A stretch of DNA of 64,000 nucleotides, taken from positions 17,918,001 through 17,982,000 of the forward strand of contig OZ024740.1 in NCBI GenBank assembly GCA_964016885.1, in the 5' to 3' direction. The notes below the pieces were generated by a model that did not search any database, was not told the origin of the DNA, and saw nothing but the letters and a program-made list of their open reading frames with translations. Numbering within the stretch: position 1 is the first letter of the stretch; each line of letters opens with the position of its first letter. This DNA comes from Eledone cirrhosa. Taxonomy: Eukaryota. Positions 37,182 through 51,036 of this stretch are shown in pieces. The translations under genes and the position numbers were made by a program.

Positions 37182-38857
37182 TCATCATCATCGTTTAACG
37201 TCCATGTTCCACGCTTGCATGGGTTTCGACGGGAGTTTTCCCGCTTGAGGCAAGAGTGGTCGTCTTGCTCGCATAGGACTGTCTGGCGGGTTTTCTACAG
37301 CTGGATGCCCTTCCTAACACCAACCACATTTACAGTGTGGGACTGGGAGGTTTTTACCGTGTTGCCTACACGGCCACATTACAGCGTGGACTGTGTGTTT
37401 TTTTGGCTACCATCTATCTTTATTGCCCTGCACTTTTTTATACAGCTGTCGTCTTTCATGCGCATCACGTGACCATACCAACGTAGTCTTCTCTCGAGTA
37501 AACAACATCTGATCCCTCTTATTTCTAATTTCTCCCTTAGTTCGTTTATGCTTTGCCGTTCACGTATATTACTATTACACATCCAACAGAGCATGCAAGC
37601 TTCGTTTCTCTCCAGTCTGCGTATATCCTCTGCATACAATGCCCAGGTCTCACTGCCATGCAACATTACTGTTCGTATGCAGGCATCATACAGCTTGCCT
37701 TTCATTTTTAGAGAGAACCCTTTAGCGGCTAATAGTGGTATAAGCTCTCTGAACTTTTTCCATCCCGTTCTGACTCTAGCTACTGTACTTTCAGAGCACC
37801 CTCCCCCACTGCTGATTTTGTCACCAGTTAACGGAAGCTGTCCACTATTTCTATAGAACTCTCTGCACAATTGAAAGAGCTAGTATTCTGTGGGCACTTG
37901 CTGCTACTTATTGCACCAGAGCACCGGCCACATGTAAAATCTATGTTCTTAGTTAGCTTACCTGTGATCCCGCTACATCTGTTATGCACCCATACTTTGC
38001 ATTTGGGACATAAAATGGAGTTTCTACCTACGCCTTTCCTACACACTGAGCATGGCCATTTCCCGGAAGGGACCGGCGCCTTATTTTCTTTCCTACAAAC
38101 TAGAACTTTAGTCTTAGACAGGTTAATTTTAAGGCCTTTTGATTCTAGGCCGTGCTTCCATGTTTGGAATTTCTTCTCTAGCTCGGCCATTGATTCAGCT
38201 ATGAGCATTAGATCATCTGCGTATAGGAGTTCCCATGGGCAGCCGGTCTTGAACTCCACTGTTATAGCCTGAAGGGCAATAATAAATAGTAGGGGGCTAA
38301 GAACAGAGCCCTGATGAACACCAACTTTTACGCTAAACTCTTCACTATATTCGTTGTTAATTCTAACCTTGCTGACTGTTTCTTTATACAAGGCTTGTAT
38401 AGCTCTCACAAGCCATTCATCAACACCTAGTTTTCTAAGAGCGCACCAGATAATGGAACGGGGGACTCTGTCGAAGGCTTTCTCCAAGTCGACAAACGCT
38501 AAGTATAGGGGTTTACTTTTAGCTAGGTACTTCTCCTGTAGTTGTCGTACAATGAAAAGAGCGTCTGTGGTACTTTTGCCTGACACAAACCCGAACTGTA
38601 TTTCATCTAGATCAATTCTCTCTCTGATTAGTTGCACTATTACTTTTTCCGTGACCTTCATGACCTGGTCGATTAATTTAATGCCTCTATAGTTACCCCT
38701 ATCTAGGGTGTCTCCTTTACTCTTGTAACAGTTAATGATGATGCTGCTACGCCAGTCCTTCGGAACAACCCCATTCTGTATAACTTGGTTTACTATCCGG
38801 GTGACCATGGTGTGTCCCACCGTTCCAGAGGCTTTCAGCATCTCAGCAACTATTTCC
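37180..38857 (-). mobile_element. RTE LINE 3' half (RT, Cys/His finger, C-terminus, tail)
   Basis: AFVDLEKAFDRV, GVHQGSVLSP, LLYADDL. Frameshift near 37828, internal deletion near 37404, (GAT)n tail. Confidence 0.93.
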
Positions 38858-40878
38858 AGGCTCCCATGCCTGTGGAGCTTGTCTCGAACGGGTAGAGCCC
38901 CTCGGTAGCACTGCCAAGCCAGGGACTTTTGGAAGTTGTCCATCGGTCCAGGGCCAAACGTCCTACCGAACAGACTGGCCAGTTCATCTTCCTCCATGCC
39001 TAGAGCTTCTCCGAGAGCATCGTCGCACCTGCTGCGTACCAACCCTCTATAGAATGTCGAGGTGGAGTCTCCACTGATTGCCGGGTCCGCTTTCCAGAGG
39101 GCCGTGAGCGCCTGGGCACATTCAATGTGCCAGTCGCCCACTTTTCTCGGTCTTTGCTTGACGCAGGATTGCAGCTCGGTGAGCGAGACGAGTCTGGGAA
39201 AGGCTCGCCTCACAAACGGGGCCCACACCGGTTGACCGGTGAGGAATACCTGGAGGTGCCGTAGCCTTAATGCGTGTTTACGCATCTGTAGCCACGGCAT
39301 CCCCAGCCCTCCTTTCGAAGGGTGTTGACAGCAGATGGATCTCCTCACCAAAGGGGTCCGCTTGTTCCAAAGAAATTGGAACAGCGCGCACTCCATTTTG
39401 GCGAGTCTTTTCACTGGGCAAGGCACGACGGTCAAGCGGTAGTAGATGACGGATGCTATATAAGTATTCGCCACCTCCGCTCGACCTTTCAGGGATAGTT
39501 TGCACTGGGCCCACTTCTGGGTGAGTGCAAACACCCTGGCCGTTACCTCGTTCCAGTTTTTCTCCACCTGGAGGTCTGGTCCGAACCAGACCCCAAGCAG
39601 TTTCACCGGGCCCTCCGTCCAGCGTCCGACGACGTCGTTGGAGGGCATCGGTTTGCCTCTCCATGTTCCGAGTTGCAAACCGACGGACTTGTCCCGGTTC
39701 AGCTTGGCTCCTGTAAACCTTTCATATTCCTCCAGTAAGGTGCCGATCTCACCGATTTGCGAGGTTTTCGACACCATTACTGTCACGTCATCGGCGTAGG
39801 CCGACGCCGCTTTCTGCAATCCCGGTTCCAAAGGGATGCCCTGCAACCGCTCCAACTTCCGCAGTAGTGGCTCAAGAGCCAGCACATACAGTAGGGAGGA
39901 GAGAGGGCATCCCTGTCGGATGGATCGCATGATTTGGAACGGCTCCGAGAGGTGGCCGTTCACCTTGACCCTTGAGCAGACGTTGCTGCTGAGTATCGCA
40001 GCAATCCAACCCCTGAAAACGGGTCCGAAGCCTGCCGCCGCGAGCACTGCATCCAGGTAACGATGGTCAACCCTATCGAAAGCTTTAGATTGATCCAAGT
40101 TGATCAGGGCCCCACCAAAGCCGGGTTCATTCCCTACCCTCTCTAAGATGTATCGCATAAGGTGGAGATTGTCGTGAATGGACCTGGACGGGATTGCGCA
40201 TGTCTGCGCTTCTCCCACCAGGTTTCCAACGACAAGCGCCAACCTCTTCGCTAACACCTTGGCCAAAATCTTTAACTCTGTATTTAGCAGAGTTATGGGC
40301 CTGAAGTTACTTATGTCATCCCCCTTGTTCTCATCCTTCCTCACCAGCGTAACTACGCCCTTGGTCACAGAACTGGGAATTCTCCCGTTCTGCTGCCAGT
40401 TGCAGTAGACCGCTTCGAGGATATCGGAGAACAAGTCCGGCATCGCTACATATAGCTCGTATGGTAGACCATCGAGACCCGGGGATTTGCGTTTGCCGCA
40501 TTGGCTCAGCGCCGCCCCTATCTCAGCAGCTGAAATCGTCCTTTCGCAGGACTTCGCCTCCGCATCCGAGAGGCGCGGCAGACCGTCGAGGTATGGATTG
40601 AAATCCATAGTCTCACCCGGCGCGCCGCCCCTCTCGAACAGTCGTGCAAAGTGCCGCTGAAAGGCCGCACACATCTGCCCAGGTTCAAGGATCACACGCC
40701 CATCCTGGTCCTTCAAAGACCGAATCGTGGACTTGTTCCCACTTTTTGCCTCTGTCACTCGGGCCCAGCTCACAGCTTTGGCTCCCTCATTACCCAGAGC
40801 ACGTATTTTACTCCTGACAACGCAGCCTTCATGCTTCACCTCAAAGAACTGGTCTAAGGCCATTCTTGATGCCAGCAC
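37828..40878 (-). other. Chimeric 1016-codon ORF: Tx1/L1-type RT fused in frame to RTE RT
   Basis: Two full RT motif sets: DQSKAFD/RQGCPLS/AYADD and DLEKAFD/HQGSVLS/LYADD. The junction lies at about 38857 (HRHGSL|EIVAEMLK). Confidence 0.85.
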
Positions 40879-41640
40879 GCCGGCTACATTGCCACTCCTA
40901 ATCGCCTCTTCTACTCTATCTACTAATTCCCTTTCCGTCTTGTTCCTATCCCTGACTAAAACCTATCGATTCTATTCTAATTGCTCTCTTAAGAGAGCTC
41001 CACCACCTGTTGTTGACAATTGCCCCTGTCAAACTCTGCTTAACGTGCTAATCCGTTTACTGTAAGCTTTGCTTGTCGGTAAGGACAAGTTCAGCTTCCA
41101 GTAACCGGGTCCCTGTCTATGGGTTCTATCAAGGTTGGCTATGCAGGTCACTAACTTGTGATCCGAATAGTCAACCATGAACATTTTTGGACAGCTAAAT
41201 GTGTCCCTATCCTTCTCTCTAACTAGGACCCTATCTAGGTACGACCTAGATGTTCCGCTGCGATTGGTCCACGTCCATAGTGGTACAGTCGGAAAATCTA
41301 GTCGATATCTATCGGCCAGGTCAAATCGGCCGATTAACCTTTTGAGGCTTTTACACCCCCCTCTATTGGCACATGCCCCTACATAGTCCCAACGTGCATC
41401 CAGGATACCATTCCAGTCCCCCACTAAAAGCAAGGAGCGGGACGTTCCCAGAAAAGTTTCCAGACGTTGGAAGTATTCCGGCCGTGCTGCCCAAAAAGGG
41501 GCGTACACAGCTATTTAGTCTAAGGGCTCCACTTTCACTACTGCCGACGTCTAAAACCACCAGTCGACCCTCTGGGTCCAGGTGCACCTTCTGTATGGCG
41601 AGGCCCAGGTGTTTTCGCAGCAGAACGACAACTCCACAGT
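38858..41640 (-). mobile_element. Tx1/L1-clade LINE ORF2 (partial APE, RT), GC-rich, truncated at both ends
   Basis: GRLVVLDV, YAP, LVGDWN, SYLDRV, SDHKLV, GPGYWKLN, KSPGLDGLPYELY, FRPITLLN, KGGLGMP. Frameshifts lie between EN and RT. It ends before the C-terminal zinc knuckle. Confidence 0.9.
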
Positions 41641-41729
41641 CTGATTCTGCCAATCCACTGCACTTGAAAGAAAAAAATATTATCAGAGAAAAGCATGTAT
41701 GTGTGTATGCATGTATGTATGAAGGAAAA

Positions 41730-42010
41730 CTGATATAACACCAGCAACCCTGATGGTATCCAATGATGTTGACTTGTTCTTCTTTTTGGTAAATATCATC
41801 TTGGTTAAGAGAGTGGGACTGGCTTTGTGCAGTGCCTTTGCTCACTATAAAAGCTTCACGGCACAGGCATTGCTTTATATCTGGAGATCTCTCTGCACTT
41901 GTCGTCACATGGTACCATGGGCCCAGCACTATGTGTCAGTAATTGTCACAAGTGTAGTGTTTGTACCAGAGTTTTCAAGTCGCTGGCTGGACTAAAAAGT
42001 CACTCGTTCA
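41730..42010 (+). mobile_element. Remnant of a BovB/RTE-like LINE C-terminus with C2H2-like finger
   Basis: CSVCTRVFKSLAGLKSH, preceded by IWRSLC. Confidence 0.5.
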
Positions 42011-42084
42011 GCGCATCGGTAGGGGTTCTCCTACATGGATATAAAGTAGTGGACGTACTCGAAAACGAGTTGGCAGCCACCATA

Positions 42085-42370
42085 TATGTGTGTATGCGTG
42101 CATGATTATGTATATGTGCATGCATGTATGTGTGTATGTATGCATGCATGTATGTGTGTATGCATGCATGAGTTGAGTATTACGTGTGTATGCATGCATG
42201 TATGTGTGTATGCATGCATGTGTATGCGTGCATGAGTTTGTATATGTGCATGCATGTATGTGTGTATATTCATGCATGTATGTGTGTATGTGCATGCATG
42301 TATGTGTGTAAGTGCATGCATGTATGTGTGTATGTGCATGCATGTTTGTGTGCATGAGTATGTATGTGTA
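42085..42370. repeat. (TGCA/TGTA)-rich low-complexity tandem repeat
   Basis: Repeated catgcatgtatgtgtgtatg. Confidence 0.85.
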
Positions 42371-42887
42371 TAGGATACTTAAAATGTTCGAATTATAAAA
42401 ATTTGTTGCTGTTATTTATGCATTCCCATGAAAATATTTCCAACAATGATGTAAATGTAAGAAAACAATGTTTCATTGTAAAGTAATCTCTCCAGATATT
42501 TTAGCACCTTATTTACATAGAATTTGAAGTTGGTGAAAATCATCAAAATATTGACCTCGAATATAAGCACCCCCTCGCCCCCTCAATTGTACCATCGATG
42601 TTTTGGTCACATATTCCTCAGCTTATATTTGAGTATATATAGCTGGGAGAACCCTTCAGTTGTGTCAAAGGCATGGCAACCTCTCCAGAGCATTCAATAG
42701 AACATGAGACCATACATAAAACCTCCATGCTTCCTGAGATTCGCCAATATCCCCCCTCCATACACACACTACATGTATATCATGACTCATATACACTGTT
42801 CACTTCCCTGACATTTGTATATTATTCTATGTACTATATATGCACCTTTGATGAGTTGTAGTGCACCTGAGCACTGTACATAACAAT

Positions 42888-43095
42888 TGCGGTGAATTGG
42901 CAGTATCGGTAGAGGGTTGGACGCCATGCTTTCTAGCATAGTTACGTCCCTTTACAGTCTGAGTTCAAATTCCGCCGAGGTTAACTTTGCCTTTCATCCT
43001 TACGGGGTCGATAAAATAAAGTACCAGTAATGTACTGGATAATTGCTGGCCTTGTGCCTAAAGTAGAAACAATTATTATTATTATCATTATTATT
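42888..43095 (+). mobile_element. Full-length Deu/Nin-like tRNA-SINE
   Basis: A box TGGCAGTATCGG, B box GAGTTCAAATTC, conserved central block and (ATT)n tail. Confidence 0.88.
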
Positions 43096-43801
43096 ATAAG
43101 TAAATGCAGATCACTGGCCAGTCTGAGAGATCAGTAACCTCACTTCAGAACTGACTTGGTCTATGTAGACCAGTCCAACCCTTGCTAACAGGGAAAGAAG
43201 ACATTAAAACGATGATGATGATGATGATGATGACAACTGCCATAAACACATCCTACAAAATAACTACTAATTAAATATACTGCCACCATCACTACAGCTT
43301 ACATAATAACTAACATAAAACTACCTTGAACCAATCATTCAACCCCTCTCTACTTCACATTCCAGAAATTCCATTACAGGTTATGGGTTTGTCCCTTCTA
43401 CTTGTAATCAACATCTGGCATTACAATGGCCGAAACAAAACATTTACACAGAATATTTTCATTAATCTCAGAGTGTTACAGGCTTGGCGAGTTGATCTGA
43501 GAATGTGTGTCTGTTGAAACAGAAGCAAGGAATTCTGTGAGGAGACATAATTAATTGTAAAGTTAATTCATGTGTTTAACCAATTTGAATAATAATTATA
43601 ATGATGATGATAATGGTGGTGGTTTCTTTTATTGGTCATAAGGGGCTCTATGTTCTTAAGTCTGAGTACTTATTTCTTCAATCTCTGTTAAATTGCTAAG
43701 TTATGGGACAAATAATTAACAGCAGCAGTTAATTGGAGACATAGAAACAAATGGTACAGACTCACACATATATACATACATACACACACACATACACACA
43801 G

Positions 43802-44910
<1,109 letters not shown>

Positions 44911-45107
44911 CCTTTGTTATATTTTGAATACCTGATGCTGTCACCGGATTCATACTGAACCCGGTCATTGAAATGATCATAGTATAATAAACCTTTTAAG
45001 GAATTACACCAGTCCAGCCTCCTGTTATTATATATATATAAACATATGTATACATATAAATATGTATATATACTTTATAAATAACAATCAAAGAGTGTTT
45101 AAGAACA

Positions 45108-45160
45108 TTTAATTACTAACAATCATTTCATCCAAGCACAAGGCCGGAATCATCGGAGTA
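45108..45160 (-). ncRNA. Minimal hammerhead ribozyme candidate (U4C core variant)
   Basis: Minus strand reads tact-CCGATGA-t-tcc...gga-t-GAAA-tgattg-TT-agta, then ATTAAA. Confidence 0.5.
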
Positions 45161-45551
45161 TAAATAAAAGGTTAAAACACAGACAAACTTGTCAAAGAAC
45201 ATTCTGGGGATACCTCATATGGGAAGAAAGCAAAAATAATAAATATTATCATTGATATAAGAGAGGAAAGGAAGATGAATATGAAAAACATGATCAAATA
45301 AATATAATTAAGAATCAGCTGCTAGAAGCATTAAAAAACTTAAAAACAAGCTGGTATAAAAAAACTTAGTAAAAATATACTTTGAAGATGTATTTTTACA
45401 TTCTTAAATTTATATTTGATCTATGCACTAGCTTTTATAGACTGTTGTAATGCTTAGGTTGTATGTAAATTTATTATTATATTACATGCCTTGCATTATG
45501 CTTAAATTCCTTAGAGCAGCATTTTTCTTTTTTAATGCTTTTTTTTTTAAC

Positions 45552-45710
45552 CTGGCTTGTCTCACAATGAGGCAACACAAGGTATTGGTCAACATAAGGG
45601 AGCTGGCTTGTCTCACAATGGGGCAACACAAAGTATTGGTCAACATAAGGGACCTGGCTTGTCTCACAAGGTATTGGTCAACATAAGGGACCTGGTTTGT
45701 CTCACAATGG
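45552..45710. repeat. Imperfect tandem repeat of about 51 bp, 3 to 4 copies
   Basis: ctggcttgtctcacaa...gtattggtcaacataaggga. Confidence 0.8.
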
Positions 45711-46392
45711 CACCAATGGAGATGAAACTAAAACAGTGCAGAAGTTAATATTGTATAAAATGTTTTATATTTAAAGATGAAGTTGGAGTAAAGAATTAGA
45801 AAGTGTACTTCATATTCTATAGTTATATCTTTGTGGTGGTTGTGGTGGTGGTGGTAGTGTTGGTGGGTTGTGGTGGTCGTGGGGGGGGGGGTAGTTTTGG
45901 TGGAAGAATTATAACAAAATACTTACATAAACAGAGGAACTTAAAGCTTTTAGGAAAGGGTAATGAGATTGTGTGATGTTCATGCCCTTCTTAAGATGCT
46001 TGATATCATATGTGTGGGGGGAGGAGAGTAAAAAGGGAGGTACCCTATGTAATCTTGAAGTTAAATCTGCACCATGGTTTTAGGCAGGTATACAGGTGAA
46101 TACTAGAGAACATGAGCAAATGTGAGGCATTGTGGGTAATTACAATGCAAAATGGAAGTTAAATGACTAAACATAATGATACATGACATCAGCAAAGATC
46201 CCTCCCTCTCTCTCTCTCCCTCTTTCTCCCTCTCACTCTCGTTCTCTCTCTTTCTCCCCCCCTCTCTCTGTCACTCAGGGAGGTTTATCAGTAAAAATTT
46301 CAATTTCTGTCTATGATGTCAGGTAGATATTAACTATAACATGTTTGGTGTCTGTCATGTATAATAAAACCAGTGCAAAGTTAGTAATAAAC

Positions 46393-46778
46393 CCAGATGT
46401 AAAACCTTGACATCCCCTCACCAACGCTGGTAGTAGACACCCAGGCCAGATGTAAAACCTTGACATCCCCTCACCAACGCTGGTAGTAGACTCCCAGGCC
46501 AGATGTAAAACCTTGACATCCCCTCACCAACGCTGGTAGTAGACTCCCAGGCCAGATGTAAAACCTTGACATCCCCTCACCAACGCTGGTAGTAGACACC
46601 CAGGCCAGATGTAAAACCTTGACATCCCCTCACCAACGCTGGTAGTAGACACCCAGGCCAGATGTAAAACCTTGACATCCCCTCACCAACGCTGGTAGTA
46701 GACTCCCAGGCCAGATGTAAAACCTTGACATCCCCTCACCAACGCTGGTAGTAGACACCCAGGCCAGATGTAAAACCT
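46393..46778. repeat. 53-bp minisatellite, 7 copies
   Basis: Unit ccagatgtaaaaccttgacatcccctcaccaacgctggtagtagac(a/t)cccagg. It is followed by taaatgctaatgagttaa, a degenerate MITE TIR plus TTAA. Confidence 0.92.
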
Positions 46779-46954
46779 AAATGCTAATGAGTTAAAGGTC
46801 CAGGTTATATGTGAAATATAAGCATCCAAAGCTGGTAACAGGCTTAGACCAGATGTAAAATGTAGGCCTTATTTGAAACTGTTCATTAAGTATTTTAAAA
46901 TTCAGTGTTAAATGCATGTATGGGCTACAGGTATGATATACCTGTACATGTGGT

Positions 46955-47198
46955 CAGGGTAGGATTTAGACCTTGGGGAGCCCGGGGCACTTCAGGTTTT
47001 TTTTTTAAAATACACAGCAAACCCTCCCAATTTTACATATCAAAGTTAGCTTGGTGTAAGTAATTGGAATTGAAAATTTATGCATACAGGTATTAAATTC
47101 AAAAATTCTAACCATCCTAAAAGTAAAAAGCCTAACTGAGGGCACAAATAAATTTCTACAGCTGTCATTGGTGGGTCACCCCATTAAATCCAGCTCTG
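46955..47198. mobile_element. hAT-type MITE with perfect 8-bp TSD
   Basis: CATGTGGT|cagggtaggattta ... taaatccagctctg|CATGTGGT. Confidence 0.85.
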
Positions 47199-47313
47199 CA
47201 TGTGGTGTATATGATGTACCTACAAGTGTGTGTGTGTGACAGCTCACACCTATGTAGGTTTAGCTGGCCTCCTCCAAGGTATATCTCATTGGAGGTGTCT
47301 TGGGTAATTTAAT

Positions 47314-47481
47314 GATAGGGACCCCAGTCCCTATCATCTCATTTCTACAGCTGAGTAAACTGAGGCAACGTGAAATAAAGTGTCTTGCTCAAGGAAACAA
47401 CACATCACCCGGTTCGAGAATTGAACTCACAACCTTTCGAATGTAAGCCCAATGCTCTAACCTCTAAGCCATGTACCTTCA
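47314..47481 (-). mobile_element. CORE-type SINE head and core (no tail)
   Basis: Reverse complement of about 12270-12430. Confidence 0.82.
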
Positions 47482-47727
47482 CTACCTACAAGTAACAGGA
47501 TAAGAAGTAGAACTTGGGGAGAGTAGACAGACACCCTCATATTTACCTACCAACTACTCAACACGGACCCTAAACAGGCTTGTTTGTATAATTTCTACAA
47601 TATGGCTGGACTGATGTTATACATTACATCAAATGACCAGACACTGACCCATCACTGACTATATCCAATTCTACTTCATATCGTATCTGGATACACATTG
47701 TATAGTTGTCTACACACATGCACACAT

Positions 47728-48038
47728 TCACATGCTCACATGTACATATGTTCACATAACACCCACATGCTCACATGTACATATGTTCACATAACACCCA
47801 CATGCTCACAGGTACATATATTCACATAACATCCACATGCTCACATGTACATATGTTCACATAACACTCACATGCTCACATGTACATATGTTCACATAAC
47901 ACCCACTTGCTCAAATGTACATATGTTCACATAACACCCACATGCTCACATATACATATATTCACATAACACCCACATGCTCACATATACATATATTCAC
48001 GTACACATGCTCATATATATATTCACATAACACTCACA
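47728..48038. repeat. 35-bp minisatellite, about 8-9 units
   Basis: Unit cacatgctcacatgtacatatgttcacataacacc. Confidence 0.9.
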
Positions 48039-48848
48039 TAAACTCTCTAGTGTTGGAGTCTCAATAAAATACACCAAGTACACATTGAAAAGTGGAGGTG
48101 TTGGTGCCGCAATAAAATGAACCCAGTACATTCTATAAAATAGTATTGCTGGTACCACAATAAGATGTGTCCAATACACTCTGTAAAATGGTTTGTGTTA
48201 GGAAAGGCATCTAGCCATAGAAACCATGCCAAAAATGGAAGGTATGAACAAGGCATGACTTTCCAGCCTATCTAGCCTCATCATCATCGTTTAACGTCCA
48301 TTTTCCATGATAGCATGGGTTAGACAGGTTTGTCCCATTAGAGCCAAGCTGGGTCAGGTGATCGTGTCCTGCTCATATAGGACTGTTTTCTGGCTAAATT
48401 TCTACGGCTGGATGTCCTCAACCAATACTATCATGAAAGACATACATAAAATGGTGATAATGATGATACGCACACACACACACATACACACTCACATACA
48501 TACTCACATACACATTTATGGTTTAATTAAATTTGTAAATAACAAATTTATAATAGCGGTGTCTTAGCATTGCCTCAGCCTATCGGCTGGAATATGTAAT
48601 TAAGGCTGGATTTAATAGAGGCAATTGGCCCGGGCCCCCTGCAGTGGTGGTGAGGGGGGGGGGCACCAGCGATGGGCGTAGCAATTTATATGTGCTGATG
48701 GTAACGATGATGATAATTGGTGATGGTTGATTAGGATGTCAACAAAAGTGATGAACCACCACTAATTTTCTAGGCACATAAGGTCATTGTAAAAACCTAA
48801 CTACCCAATTAGGACCTAATTAGCAGTCTCTTGCTAATTAATTACTAG

Positions 48849-48899
<51 letters not shown>

Positions 48900-49110
48900 C
48901 ATACAGAGAGAGAGAGAGAGAGAGAGAGCAAAGGTAAAAGATTGTAACTGAATTTGTATGAAGAAAGTTATATGAGATTATATAATTGGTAAATAGTTTT
49001 AGACAGAACTCAATGTGTTTATGTAATAATGATACATAATGTACCTGAAACTATTGTAAAGCATTAAACTGGTTTAGAATCAGATTCCAGCTATTTATTT
49101 GTTTATATAA

Positions 49111-50468
49111 CATCATCACCGTTTTACGTCCGTTCTACCATGCTAGCATGGGTTAGATGGGTTGTCCTGTTGTGGGCAGTGTCCGGTCGGCTGACCTTGT
49201 CTTGCTCATACGGGAACTGATTCTGGCTTGATTTTTACAGCTGGATGCCCTTCCTAACACCAACCTCATTTACAGTGCGTGCTGGGTACTTTTTTACCAT
49301 GGCGCCTACACGTCCACTTTACAGTGTGGGTTGGGTGCTTTTTTGCCGCGGCACCTCCACGACCACTTTACAGTGGGAGGGTGTGTGGGCATATTGTCTA
49401 TATGCTACAGCTTCGCCTTGTACCCGGGTGGGGTCGAGTCTTCTGTATTACTGTGTGAGCCAGAGGTCACGGTTGAGAGGTGTAATTGGGTAAGATCGGC
49501 TTTTATGATCTCATCCCAAGTCATCTTGGGTCTCCCTACTCTGCGGTTTCCATAGACTTCTAGTGGTCTGCACCTTTTTATGCAGCTGTCATCCTTCATA
49601 CGCATCACCTGTCCATACCAACGCAACTGCCTCTCCTGCACACAGCATTTGATTCCTCTTATGCACAGTCTCTCTCTCAATTCATTTATGCTTTGCCGTT
49701 CGCATATATTACTATTACACATCCATCGGAGCATGCACGCATCATATAGTCTGCCTTTCATTTTGAGGGAAAAGCCTTTTGCAGCTAGCAGTGGCTCCCT
49801 GAACTTCTTCCATCCCGTTCTTACCCTAGTTATTGTACTTTCTGAACACCCACCTTCGCTGCTAATTCGGTCACCTAGGTAGCAGAAGCTGTCTACTGTT
49901 TCTACAGAGCCCTCCCACAGTGGTACTTGTTTCCTGTGACTGTTTGCTGCTTGCTGTCCCAGCACAACTGCTACATGTGAAGCCTACATTCTTAATTAAG
50001 CTTCCTGAGATCCTGCTACATCTCTTGTGTAGCCATTGTTTGCAGGGGCAGAGATTGGAGTTCCTACCTACACCTTTCCTACATACTGAGCAAGGCCATT
50101 TCTCTGAGGGGATCTGGGTTCTGTTTTTTCGTCTACTTACAAGAACCTTATTCTTTGTCAGGTTGACTTTGAGACCCTTTTTATTCCCTGCTTCCAAGTT
50201 TGGAATTTCTTCTCTAGTTATACCATAGATTCAACTATAAGTGCGAGGTCATCTGCATACAGGAGTTCCCATGGTCATCCGTTATTGCCTGCAGGGCTAT
50301 GATGAACAAGAGAGGGCTAAGAACAGAGCCCTGGGGGACACCGACCTGTAAGCTAAATTCCGCTATACTCATTGCTAATCCTAACTTTGCTGACTGCTCC
50401 CCTATACATGGCTTGTACAGCTTTCACAAGCCATTCATCTACTCCTAGTTTTCTAAGAGCCCACCAGA
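49111..50468 (-). mobile_element. RTE LINE 3' half, second subfamily, frameshifted
   Basis: QGSVLSPLLF, LYADD, WPCSVCRKGVG, VDSFCYLGD, 3'UTR and tail. Confidence 0.92.
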
Positions 50469-50674
50469 TTCACACAAACATTCACACAAACACACACATA
50501 CACACACACGCATTGTGTGATGGACGGAAGTCAATCAAATTTGTATATAGATGATAGAACTAGAGCACCACCTATAATTAAAATACCCAAGAAGTATCTG
50601 GTGAGATGCAACCTTATAAGAACCTATGATTGTGTGAGCTGTAACAACAACAAACAACATCTGAAATAAATGAA

Positions 50675-50942
50675 GGGTAAATTGAATAATGTAGTGTTTA
50701 GTTAAACTGAGTGTAGGGTAGATTGGATAATGTAGTAGTTAGTTAAACTGAGTGTAGGGTAGATTGGATAATGTAGTGTTTAGTTAAATTGAGTGTAGGG
50801 TAGATTGGATAATGTAGTGTTTAGTTAAACTGAGTGAAGGGTAGATTAGATAATGTAGTGTTTAGTTAAACTGAATGTAGGGTAGATTGGAAAATGTAGT
50901 GTTTAGTTAAACTGAGTGAAGGGTAGATTAGATAATGTAGTA
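50675..50942. repeat. 41-bp minisatellite, about 6 units
   Basis: Unit gggtagattggataatgtagtgtttagttaaactgagtgta. Confidence 0.9.
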
Positions 50943-51036
50943 TTGAGATAAACTATACCACCCTATTTGAAACAATAAAATGGGTCAGTTTGGGAATGTT
51001 TTTGATCCTATGTTTGCAAAATTTGAGTTGAATTGA

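Noticed and set aside
36222-37191. Repetitive ORFs (YFHSKGFTSHNISHNIYITL)n
   Set aside because: Products of the 72-bp MITE-derived array.
41940-42005. Host C2H2 zinc-finger gene
   Set aside because: It is a single incomplete finger with no linker array or splice context, and it fits a LINE C-terminal remnant better.
42540-42645. Tc2-like TIR remnant (gcttatatttgagtatatatag)
   Set aside because: Too degenerate, and no matching partner end or TSD was identified.
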